Source of the DNA: Macrostomum lignano
Lineage: Eukaryota
DNA length: 64,000 nt
Direction of reading: 5' to 3'
NCBI GenBank assembly: GCA_002269645.1
Contig: NIVC01001645.1
Coordinates: 124,001-188,000, forward strand
Part shown: in pieces, positions 28,428-41,100 of the stretch
Layout of the letters: each line of letters begins with the position of its first letter
Position numbering within the stretch: the first letter of the stretch is position 1
The notes under the pieces: model-generated
What the model saw: the letters and a program-made list of their open reading frames with translations, nothing else
What the model was told of the DNA's origin: nothing
Database searches by the model: none
Translations under genes and position numbers: made by a program

Positions 28428-30149
28428 AAGAAGCCCACGATCACCATTCACCGGACAATGCAGGCCGGTGCCGGACACACGCGTGACCCACACGGGCAGT
28501 TGGCGGATAAATCTCTGGAGAGCTCCTGAGTTGCCCAGCGTCATCAAATTTCTCGCCTATAGCTACTCAACAAGGCAGCTGTGACCGCTCGCGTGCAAAG
28601 ATTTTCTAAGAAATCTCACAAAGTGGTGGTTGGGTGGGGCGCTCAATCCCCCTTGGGGAATAAGAGGGCTTTGAGTACACAGACTGAGCACACGAGGTCA
28701 GAGGATCTATGAGAAAGTGTGTGAGCACCGGCTTAACTCGATTTGCCCGTTGAACAATCACTCAACCCGGCTTGAATTGGCTACTCAACACTCATTATTA
28801 TCCTGTAATAAAATCCCTAACTACCTTGCTAAACTGGCACCTTGACAACGACCGAGTCAACAAATAAAACTCGACCGGCTCCCCGCCTTCTCCATACCAC
28901 CCCCACTGAGAAGGGCTTTTTTGAATGGTAACTAACTATACGCGCTCTCTGCCTTGTGACCCCACAGTTGCGCCACAGATTGGGAGCTAATTGCACCGGA
29001 GGGCAGCGGTAGCGCACAGGCACACAAACACACACAACACGCATTCTCTCTGCCTGGTTGACTCAGCGGTCGCCACAGCAACAGCGAGAGAAAACTCGCG
29101 CACCTTGGGGAATGGGAGTATTATTATTAAACGGACTGGCTTCTCAGCCGGATTGCGTCGATTTCTCAGCCGCCGCAATAGCCGCAGGCGCTGGAGTTGA
29201 GTTCTGTTTTCAAGACAAAATAGGCGAAGAGAGAATGCGTTGAAACTACACCTCGGATACCTGCCCCAGGACCTCGCGCAGCTTGAGATCAATTTGAGAT
29301 ATTTAGTCGTCTCGCCTGATCCTGAGGCTACTTTTATCGGATCGCGGCTCGTTGCTATGCCCCGCCGCTTTGTTTATCAGTGTTTGACATCTGTTGATTC
29401 GAGAGTGAGCAGATATCTGTTGTGAGAATCTGGACCCGACGCTAACGCACGGTTAACAGCTGGGAGACACTGAACAGGCTTAAGGTCTTGCGGAAAGAAG
29501 ATCTAGGTCAATAGATATTATTATTATGATAGCTAGCAAAAACAACAACTACTATTTTACAAAACTGTCTCATACTTTCATATAGCAAACGAAGTCTTGT
29601 ACTTCACTTCTCCGTCTGCATTGTACATCAGTTCATGCGATTCAATGCCCGGAATTGTCTGTCCATCTGCCTGATCTACGAGTATAGTGCACTGTTTAAC
29701 CTTCAATACTAATCTCTTTTATCAATAATTCTTTGGGCAAGAGTTCATCTTTCAAGAAGTGGGTCAATCAAACCGAAGTGCAATTCAAAGTTCGCGCACC
29801 GTGCATCCGCTGCAGTGTGTGCTATTTTTAATATTCGCTTGTTTCAAAATAGCTCCCAGCCTGTTGAAGACTACTGCGGAGAAAACCTGCATAGAAATTC
29901 TTCCTTGCGGGCAGCTGGATCAAGATGCAGATGGCATATGCAGAAGATGGCAGAGACAGACTAGGAATGAGTGCAAGTGGATTCTGGAGGGTGTGTCTTT
30001 AAAAGAGATCAAATGAGGCAGCATCGATGGAACAGCGGAGAAACCCAAGTGCTTCAGGGTCAGATAGAGGAGAATGGAAAAAAGGTAGACAGAAAAGGAG
30101 AGGGTACCTAGATACCGACAGACCATTTTTAGCAAATGGATGGGTGGAA

Positions 30150-30658
30150 GGCTGAGAGTCAGAGAGGAGAGAGAGGGAAGGCTGAGAGTCAAAGAGAAGA
30201 GAGAGAGGGAAGGCTGAGAGTCAAAGAGAAGAGAGAGAGGGAAGGCTGAGAGTCAAAGAGAAGAGAGAGAGGGAAGGCTGAGAGTCAAAGAGAAGAGAGA
30301 GAGGGAAGGCTGAGAGTCAGAGAGAAGAGAGAGAGGGAAGGCTGAGAATCAGAGAGGAGAGAGAGGGAAGGCTGAGAGTCAGAGAGAAGAGAGAGGGAAG
30401 GCTGAGAGTCAGAGAGAGGAGAGAGAGGGAAGGCTGAGAGTCAGAGAGAAGAGAGAGGGAAGGCTGAGAGTCAGAGAGGAGAGAGAGGGAAGGCTGAGAG
30501 TCAGAGAGAGGAAAGAGAGGGAAGGCTGAGAGTCAAAGAGAAGAGAGAGAGGGAAGGCTGAGAGTCAGAGAGTAGAGAGAGGGAAGGCTGAGAGTCAGAG
30601 AGAAGAGAGAAAGGGAAGACTGAGAGTCATGAAGAGGTAGGCTGAGAGTCAGAGAGAG
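30150..30658. repeat. ~30-bp purine-rich minisatellite (GGAAGGCTGAGAGTCAGAGAGAAGAGAGAG)n
   Basis: Read directly. Confidence 0.93.
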
Positions 30659-31291
30659 TGGCGAGGCCTGAGACACCTCAGTCTGAAGTGTATGTCTGCA
30701 TTATTAACTGGCGACACCCCCAATTAAAGGATAATTATTTAATTGTCCTCAACTATGATGAAGTTCTCAATTATAAAGCTAATCAAAGCACTGCTTGCTA
30801 CCTGAAATTGTGTTGCACAATACAGAAATACGCATACCGAGTTTAAATGGCAAATTATTGTATTGAAAATGTGAGAAATTCAATTTAGTCAATCAATGCT
30901 ATTTCGATCTGGAATTGAGTTGGTCAATCCGGACCGACAAACAATTAATAACAATGAGCTGGGGGTCAGGCTTGCTCAAACAACGCCAGACAGAGCATCT
31001 GTGAATCTGCGAAAGTGATTGCGTAACCGGGGCATGCGGTGTAGGATTTCAGTGTGTTGTGAAGACCTGAAACTCTCTTGGGAGATGAAGACGCCAGCTT
31101 CCAGTAGAACGGAACGAATCAACGGATGAGTAGAGTCTGATTCGAGTTAGATTGAGTTAAAAAGTATTCAAATACATGAGATCAAATGCTTCCAGTTCCA
31201 TCCAACGAATTTGAGACCAATTCTCAGTGTTTTTTGCTGTTAGTACAGTGTAACTATAATTGTAGAACTCAATGCGGCGGCAGTAGGAACT

Positions 31292-31500
31292 CTCTGAACT
31301 GCCCTGAAGTGATGGTCTGAACTGCCCTGAAGTGGCGGTCTGAACTGCCCTGAAGTGGCGGTCTGAACTGTCCTGAAGTGATGGTCTGAACTGTCCTGAA
31401 GTGACGGTCTGAACTGTCCTGAAGTGACGGTCTGAACTGTCCTGAAACGGCAGTCTAACTGTCCTGAAGTGACGGTCAGAAGTGTCCTGAAACGGCAGTC
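31292..31500. repeat. 23-bp minisatellite (GTCTGAACTGTCCTGAAGTGACG)n
   Basis: About 9 units. Confidence 0.92.
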
Positions 31501-32106
31501 CAACTATTTCAAACTGGGCAGGCGCAAATGCATCATATTGGGCAACAATAATGAATGTGCCTCAATATTTACTCTACTCGTTCATGAATACACATAAATT
31601 ATGAATACCAAAGCATTTAATATATTTGGTTTTGGCACCCCCCCCCAACTCGTCCATCTTCTGTTAAAAGAGATGCACTAAGCAAAAATTCCAAACCAAA
31701 AACTACCCGCCACATCAAAGCATATTTGCGCAATGTGAACACAAAGTCATAAATTTGTAGATGTGGCTCGTAAACACTGACCAGACCTAACCCCAGTGAA
31801 ACCATGCAAGTTGTGCACCTCGCCAAAGGCTCAAACCGACTCAAAACTCAGGTACAGAGACTGCAGTCCATTGTGCCAATTTGTGCCAGACTCAGACGCT
31901 GCAAGGCAAAACTCTGTCTGCACGAAGTCCAATGAAGGCTGAGCCCACAGTCACTGCCATACGATAGGATGGCGGCGTAGAAAAGAATTTTCATCTGATA
32001 AAAACCGTGTCTGCTGTCCAGATAGTGCTAGTTGTAAATCACTGAACTGACCAGTGGCCGACTGTCAATACTCAAGGTAATAATAATTCAACTGTCTAAT
32101 TGGAAT

Positions 32107-35100
32107 ATGAAACCGGCTAGCGAATTGCCTCGCCAGCACTGGGACTCTCAGGTAGAGTTCGTGCTGTCCGCTGTGGGATTCGCCATCGACTTGGCCAACG
32201 TGTGGCGGTTTCCCTACCTGTGCTACAAGTATGGCGGCGGTGAGTTGCTGTGCGGCTGCGGCCAACTGGGGATGGGGTACAGGGGGATGGGGTACAGGGG
32301 AATGGGGGACAGGGGATGGGGGACAGGGGAATGGGGAACAGGGGGATTGAGAACGGGGGATTGAGAACAGGGGATGTGGAACGGGGAACGGGGGATGGGG
32401 AACGGGGAATGGGGAACGGGGAATGGGGAACGGGGAATGGGGAACGGGGAATGGGGAACGGGGAATGGGGAACGGGGAATGGGGAACGGGGAATGGGGAA
32501 CGGGGAATGGGGAACGGGGAATGGGGAACGGGGAATGGGGAACGGGAATGGGGAACGGGGAATGGGGAACGGGGAATGGGGAACGGGGAATGGGTAATAG
32601 GGGAATAGGGAACAGGGGAATGGGTAACAGGGGAATGGGTAACAGGGGAATGGGGAACAGGGGAATGGGGAACAGGGGATGGGTAAAAGGGGAATGGGGA
32701 ACAGGGGAATGGGTAATAGGGGAATGGGGAACAGGGGAATGGGTAACAGGGGATGGGTAAAAGGGGAATGGGGAACAGGGGAATGGAGAACAGGGGAATG
32801 GGTAACAGGGGAATGGGGAACAGGGGAATGGGTAACAGGGGAATGGGGAACAGGGGAATGGGTAACAGGGGAATGGGTAACAGGGGAATGGGTAACAGGG
32901 GAATGGGTAACAGGGGAATGGGTAACAGGGGAATGGGTAACAGGGGAATGGGTAACCGGGGAATGGGTTACAGGGGAATGGGTAACAGGGGAATGGGTAA
33001 CCGGGGAATGGGTTACAGGGGAATGGGTAACAGGGGAATGGGTAACGAGGGAGTGTACGGGAAAAGGAAATTGCAAAAATGTAATCAAACGTGCAAGCAA
33101 TAGCAATAGCGCTAAAAGTACAAACTACCCCTACTCCAACACTCCTCAGGCGCCTTCCTCATCCCTTACATCGTGTGCAACATATTCCAAGCGATGCCCC
33201 TGCTTTACCTGGAGATCAGCCTGGGCCAGACACAGCAGGCTGGCTGCATCCAGGTGTGGGACGTGTCACCGGCTGGCAGGGGCATCGGAGTGGCGCAGTG
33301 CCTGCTTGGCATCGGCATGTTTTATTATAACGTCATGGTTGGCTGGTGCATATTTTTCTTCTTCAACTCGTTCACGGCTGGCGAGCTGCCCTGGATGACC
33401 TGCGGGCACGACTTCAACACGCCATGGTGCCGCACGGTGGACCAGTTCCGCAATCTGTCTGCGCTCAACCAGACTGGTGACTCTGTGCTCTCGTCTGTTG
33501 AGTACTTTGAGTGAGTTGCCTTGGATCTGAACTGACACCTTTAGATCCGAACTGACACCCTCAGCTCCAATCTGACACCCTCAGATCCGATCTGACACAC
33601 TCAGATCCAATCTGACACACTCAGATCCAATCTGACACACTCAGATCCGAACTGACACACTCAGATCCGATCTGACACACTCAGATTTGAACTGACACCC
33701 TCAGATTTGAACTGACACCCTCAGATCCGAACTGACACACTCAGATCCGAACTGACACACTCAGATCCGAACTGACACACTCAGATCCGAACTGACACAC
33801 TCAGATCCGAACTGACACACTCAGATCCAAACAGACACACTCAGCTCCAATCTGACACACTCATATCCAATCTGACACACTCAGATCCAATCTGACACAC
33901 TCAGATCCAATCTGACACACTCATATCCAATCTGACACACTCAGATCCAATCTGACACACTCAGATCCGAACTGACACACTCAGATACGAACTGACACAC
34001 TCAGATCCGAACTGACACACTCAGATCCAAACAGACACACTCAGATCCGAACTGACACACTCAGATCCGAACTGACACACTCAGATCCGAACTGACACAC
34101 TCAGATCCGAACTGACACACTCAGATCCGAACTGACACACTCAGATCCGAACTGACACACTCAGATCCGAACTGACACACTCAGATACGAACTGACGCCC
34201 TCCAGTGCACACCAAAGTCGATAATTTTAGTAACAGAAACTTTTTCATTTAAAGCCCTAACAAATTAATTAATTTGTCATTGACTTTTTCCCACACTTCT
34301 CTAGTTGCCACCCTTTTTGAGTGATGATTACTCCGAAGCCAATTGACAGAAATTAGCAAGTCTTTCCTCTAGAATCCCAGCAATAAAAGCAATAAAAGCA
34401 ACACACAGGCTTCGCTACAAGCAATTATGTCAAGTAATAGTTTTTGAGTATCGTTTTGCACCGCCAGCGCAACCCTCGACGCAACCGGGGCCTGCCCGGA
34501 AAGTTTGACAGCTTTTCGCCTATCGCCTAAGCTCGCATGCTGGGCAAAATTGCTTCGGCACAGCTGGTCTCATCTCGACAAGTTAATTAAGTCTAATTAG
34601 AAGGATAAAAATTATCCGCTCAGAGTGCTGCTGCCGCCACACTGTGGCTTCTTAATTAATTAACAGTCCTCAATTACCCTTGCTAAGTTGAACTTGTGCA
34701 CTGGACAGATTTACTCCGAACTCTGAAGCAATAACTTTTGAAATTCTGTGTCATTTAGGGATAAGAGACAGGAGAGTGCCAGAAGAGACAGGAGAGTGCC
34801 AGAAGAGACAGGAGAGTGCCGGCAGAGAGACATGAGAGTGCCAGAAGAGACAGGAGAGTTCCAGAAGAGACACGAGAGTGCCAGAATAGACAGGAGAGTG
34901 CCGGCAGAGAGACAGGAAAGTGCCAGAAGAGACGGGAGAGTGCCAGAAGAGACACGAGAGTGCCAGAAGAGAGACAGAAGAGTGCCAGAAGAGACAGGAG
35001 AGTGCCAAAAGAGACAGGAGAGTGCCAAAAGAGACAGGAGAGTGCCAGAAGAGACGGGAGAGTGCCGGCAGAGAGACAGGAGAGTGCCAGAAGAGACACG

Positions 35101-38100
35101 AGAGTGCCAAAAGAGACAGGAGAGTGCCAGAAGAGACAGGAGAGTGCCAAAAGAGACAGGAGAGTGCCAGAAGAGACAGGAGAGTGCCAAAAGAGACAGG
35201 AGAGTGCCGGCAGAGAGACATGAGAGTGCCAGAAGAGACACGAGAGTGCCAAAAGAGACAGGAGAGTGCCCGCAGAGAGACATGAGAGTGCCAGAAGAGA
35301 CACGAGAGTGCCAGAAGAGACAGGAGAGTGCCGGCAGAAAGACAGGAGAGTGCCTGAAGAGACAGGAGAGTGCCTGCAGAGAGACAGGAGAGTGCCAGAA
35401 GAGACAGGAGAGTGCCAGAAGAGACGGGAGAGTGCCCGCAGAGAGACATGAGAGTGCCAGAAGAGACACGAGAGTGCCAGAAGAGACAGGAGAGTGCCGG
35501 CAGAAAGACAGGAGAGTGCCTAAAGAGACAGGAGAGTGCCGGCAGAAAGACAGGAGAGTGCCAGAAGAGACAGGAGAGTGCCAGAAGAGACACGAGAGTG
35601 CCAGAAGAGACAGGAGATGTGCCGGCAGAAAGACAGGAGAGTGCCTGAAGAGACAGGAGAGTGCCTGCAGAGAGACAGGAGAGTGCCAGAAGAGACGGGA
35701 GAGTGCCCGCAGAGAGACATGAGAGTGCCAGAAGAGACACGAGAGTGCCAGAAGAGACAGGAGATGTGCCGGCAGAAAGACAGGAGAGTGCCAGAAGAGA
35801 CAGGAGAGTGCCAGAAGAGACAGGAGAGTGCCAGAAGAGACGGGAGAGTGCCCGCAGAGAGACATAAGAGTGCCAGAAGAGACACGAGAGTGCCAGAAGA
35901 GACACGAGAGTGCCTGCAGAAAGACAGGAGAGTGCCTAAAGAGACAGGAGAGTGCCGGCAGAAAGACAGGAGAGTGCCAGAAGAGACAGGAGAGTGCCAG
36001 AAGAGACGAGAGAGTGCCCGCAGAGAGACATGAGAGTGCCAGAAGAGACACGAGAGTGCCAGAAGAGACAGGAGAGTGCCGGCAGAGAGACAGGAGAGTG
36101 CCAGAAGAGACAGGAGAGTGCCAGAAGAGACGAGAGAGTGCCCGCAGAGAGACATGAGAGTGCCAGAAGAGACACGAGAGTGCCAGAAGAGACAGGAGAG
36201 TGCCTGCAGAGAGACAGGAGAGTGCCAGAAGAGACACGAGAGTGCCAGAAGAGACAGGAGAGTGCCAGAAGAGACAGGAGAGTGCCAGAAGAGACACGAG
36301 AGTGCCAGAAGAGACAGGAGAGTGCCAGAAGAGACAGGAGAGTGCCAGAAGAGACAGGAGAGTGCCCGCAGAAAGACATGAGAGTGCCAAAAGAGACAGG
36401 AGAGTGCCAGAAGAGACAGGAGAGTGCCAGAAGAGACAGGAGAGTGCCGGCAGAAAGACAGGAGAGTGCCAGAAGAGACAGGAGAGTGCCGGCAGAAAGA
36501 CAGGAGAGTGCCAGAAGAGACGGGAGAGTGCCGGCAGAAAGACAGGAGAGTGCCAGAAGAGACAGGAGAGTGCCGGCAGAGAGACAGGAGAGTGCCAGAA
36601 GAGACAGGAGAGTGCCAGAAGAGACAGGAGAGTGCCAGAAGAGACAGGAGAGTGCCAAAAGAGAGACAGGAGAGTGCCGGCAGAAAGACAGGAGAGTGCC
36701 AGAAGAGACGAGAGAGTGCCTGCAGAGAGACACGAGAGTGCCAGCAGAGACAGAGTTTCACAATAGCTTTCGTACATCTTTACGCAGCTGTCATTCCGAA
36801 AGACAGAACTTTAATTAGCAGAAGATAAAAAAAAGTTTGACATGCTGGAGGGTTTAAAGGCGCAGAGTAATCACTGAGTTGCAGGCCTTCTCCAGCGCTA
36901 AATGCGCACTGAAGTGACCTTAACGGTTGGTTCGCCCCCCGCTACTCATCAAGTGCGCACAGTGAGCTATATGCTCTCACAGTGGAAGACCCAATTAGCC
37001 TGAGCAGGCTGCGAATTGAGAACCCTAATTAATTTACAACCTGCTGCTATCTTGGCTGCCTGGCGTCACAAAAAGTGAGGCGGGCACCGGCTCAGCTGAG
37101 CATTTTGAGCGGTTGGTTAGATGAAGAGGACTCGAATTTTAGATTTTTTATTGTTCCTTTCATCGCTAACTCAAGCGCCCTCAAAGCAGGTTGTGTGTGT
37201 GCCCCATCGCTCTTATACTCATACTGTCATGATAGCAGCTGCCAGGCAGAAATTAGAGATGGACGGCACCCCCCGCTCTTGGGGCTACTCTGCGTCGCGA
37301 GTAAATTTTGTAAATTGTTCGTTGTTGCTTTATTATCGGAATTTAAACAGGACGAGAGGGTACAGATGGAGGCACATTGTCTTTATGAATCGCAACTTTT
37401 GGCACTGCACTTTTTTGAGTTTGTCCTCTCTGAGTTTCACTTTGAGTCCTCTTCTGAGTTTTACTGCATAACTTAGTTAGTGACAGGTAGAGGGGGGAAT
37501 TAGTGATAGGTAGAGGGGGGAATTAGTGACAAATAGAGGGGGAATTAGTGACAAGGTAGAAGGGGGAATTAGTGACAGGTACAGGATAGATTAATTAGTG
37601 GCAGATATAGAGTGTGAAATTGGAGACAGGTACAGGGGGAAAAGTGACAGGTAGAGGGGGGAAAGGTACACGTAGATGAGGGAAAAAAGGGACAGGTAGA
37701 TGCAGGAACAGGTGACGGGTAGAAATTCGTAGAGTATTTAAAATTCCAATTCACTGCAGATTTAAAAAATACGGATTTTAAAACGGAGCAAAAATATTAA
37801 GCGCTAGCAGACAAACAAAACAACACCGAAAAAACCTCACCTCCCCTGCCAGACGCGGCCTGCTGGCGGTGCACCAGAGCCCGAACATCGAGACCCTGGG
37901 CAGGCCCCGGTTCGTGCTGGTTGCCTGCATCTTCATTGCCTACGCAATCATATTCTTTGCCCTCTGGCGCGGAATCAAGTCATCCGGCAAGGTGGTGTAC
38001 ATCACCGCCACCATGCCCGTGCTGCTGCTCGTCATCCTGCTGATCAACGGAGTACAGCTGCCTGGCGCCACCAAGGGTATCGACTATTACATTCGGCCGG

Positions 38101-41100
38101 ACGTGTCCAAGATTGACCTCTTTGTGAGATCCGGTTGATGAATTTGAAGAAAGAGGCTGGGAATAAATAAATATTAGCAGGAGGATTGTGGGCATCCAGT
38201 GGGGGTATTAAAATTTTAACTTCTTAGGCATATGATCTTAACCAGATTCTATATTTTCTAAAATAATATTCTCTCAAATTCTCTCAAAATCCCATATCCG
38301 AAATCCCATATTCCCTTAGTCCGATATCACCACATTCCATGCCTAAATCCCATATCCCCCAACAAATCCCATATTCGACCAAATATCATATTCTACCAAA
38401 TCTCAGATTCTAGCGAATCCTGTGTCCCAAATCCCACATCCCCAAATGGCCCATATCCCCAAATCCCATATCCCCAAATCCCATGTCCCCAAATCCCATA
38501 TCCCCAAATGGCCCATATCCCCAAATCCCATATCCCCAAATCCCATGTCCCCAAATCCCATGTCCCCAAATCCCATATCCCCAAATGGCCCATATCCCCA
38601 AATCCCATATCCCCAAATCCCATATCCCCAAATCCCATGTCCCCAAATCCCATATCCCCAAATGGCCCATGTCCCCAAATCCCATATCCAAAGACCTCGT
38701 ATCCCCCAACTCCAAAGCTTCCCGAAACCCACATCCCCAACCCGGACAGGCGTGGATCGAGGCCTCAGTGCAGGTGTTCTACTCAACGGCGGCAGGGTTC
38801 GGGGGCCACCTGAGCCTGTCCAGCTACAACAAGCGCAGCAGCAACTGCTACCGGGACACCATCATCACCATCGTGTGCAACGCCTGCTTCAGCTTCCTGT
38901 CCGGCTTTGTGGTGTTCGCCTATCTCGGCTACATGGCCGACCTCACCAACCGCAGCGTGGAGGCTGTGGCTTCTGACGGTGAGTTCAGTGCATGTGCTCA
39001 GTAAAGCTTACAAATAGTATATTACTTAATGTACTCATTAAACTTAGTTTAGTCTTAGTTCTTTGTATAAATGTATAAATTTAGTGTTCGGTATAGTAAT
39101 TTTGTAAAGGTATGTGTGTACCTTTAGGGCTAAGCATATCACTCAGTGTCTTTTTCGAGCTCAATAAAGTATTCAGTGTACTTTTAATGATCATTAAAGT
39201 ATTCAATGTACTTTTAGTGATAAGTAAAGTATTCAGTGTACTTTTAGTGATCAGTAAAGTATTCAGTGTACTTTTAATGATCATTAAAGTATTCAATGTA
39301 CTTTTAGTGATAAGTAAAGTATTCAGTGTACTTTTAGTGATCAGTAAAGTATTCAGTGTACTTTTAATGATCATTAAAGTATTCAATGTACTTTTAGTGA
39401 TAAGTAAAGTATTCAGTGTACTTTTAGTGATCAGTAAAGTATTCAGTGTACTTTTAATGATCATTAAAGTATTCAATGTACTTTTAGTGATAAGTAAAGT
39501 ATTCAGTGTACTTTTAGTAATTAGTAAAGTATTCGGCCATACTCAGTGTAACCGTAGTACTTATTGTGCTCCCAGTGCTCAATGCACAAAAACTATTTAG
39601 TGCAGCACACAGACGCTGCAAGAAAACTTTGACCGCTTCGATACGGAACCGCAGGTCCCGGCCTGGTGTTCCAAGTCTACCCGCTGGCCGTTGGCACCCT
39701 GCCAATTCCGCAGCTCTGGTCCTGCCTGTTCTTCTTCATGCTCATCAATCTCGGAGTGGACAGCTTTGTGAGCAATTATCTCGGCTGATAAATTTTGTAA
39801 ACTTGTGACAAGTAGAAGGGAATTGGTGACAGGTAGAGGGGAATTGGTGACAGGTAGAGGGGAATTGGTGACAGGTAGAGGGGAATTAGTGACAGGTAGA
39901 GGGGAATTGGTGACAGATAGATGGGAATTGGTGACGGGTAGAGGGGAATTGGTGACAGATAGAGGGGAATTAGTGACAGGTAGAGGGGAATTAGTGACAG
40001 ATAGAGGGGAATTAGTGACAGGTAGAGGGGAATTAGTGATAGGTAGAGGGGAAATAGTGACAGGTAGAGGGGAATTAGTGACAGGTAGAAGAGAATTAGT
40101 GACAGGTAGAGGGGAATTAGTGACAGGTAGAGGGGAATTAGTGACAGGTAGAGGGGAATTAGTGACAGGTAGAGGGGAATTAGTGACAGGTAGAGGGGAA
40201 TTAGTGACAGGTAGAGGGGAATTAGTGACAAATACAGGGGGAATTAGTGACAGGTAGAGAGGGAATTGACGGGGCAGGTAGAGAGGACGATTGAAGCCAG
40301 GCTGAGATAGATACCGGTATGAGTGGAAAGTTTAGATTCACTGCTGGGACCTCACATTCCAACAGCTATTCAATTTAAAATGGCTCCAAAATTAAGCGCG
40401 AAGAAACAAGCAAAACACTACTGCAAGTAGCTAATATGTACTAATGCAAAACACTAATTAAGTCATTGTCAGTGTTTTTTTGGGGGAATATGGGATTTGA
40501 GAGTTAGGAGATTTGGGGATACGGGATTTGAGGATATATGTTTTGATGTATTAAAACACTACTGCAAATATCTAATGTGCACTAATAGCTAATATGTAGC
40601 TAAATATTACTGCAAGTAGCTAGCTTAAAAATTAAAAACAACGTTTAATCTTGGCAGATGACTGGCGTGGAGACGGTCCTAACCGGTTTCGGCGAGGTGC
40701 TGCTGAAATTCGACTGTATGAATGGCAAATACTTTCGCGTGACCTTCACCTTCTTGTACCTGTTGCTGCACTTCCTGCTGGCCCTGCTGCTCAGCACTCC
40801 GGTGTGTGACACGAGTTATTGCCAGATTTACAGTAGTTGAAATTGCAGAACAACGTTTAAACTTTTTCAATTGACGAAATCTCTTAGATTGGGTGCGGGC
40901 TAGTCTATAATGAGAAGGCTGTGAGCCAATTCTCAATTTAAATCATGGGTGGGCAGAAGAGAGGAGAGGAGAGGAGAGGAGAGGAGAGGAGAGAGGAGAG
41001 GAGAGGAGAGGAGAGGAGAGGAGAGGAGAGGAGAGAGGAGAGAGGAGAGAGGAGAGAGGAGAGAGGAGAGGAGAGAGGAGAGGAGAGAGGAGAGAGGAGA

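Noticed and set aside
34711-36818. Many long ORFs (up to 688 aa) on both strands
   Set aside because: All are translations of a stop-free 20-bp array inside SLC6 intron 2.
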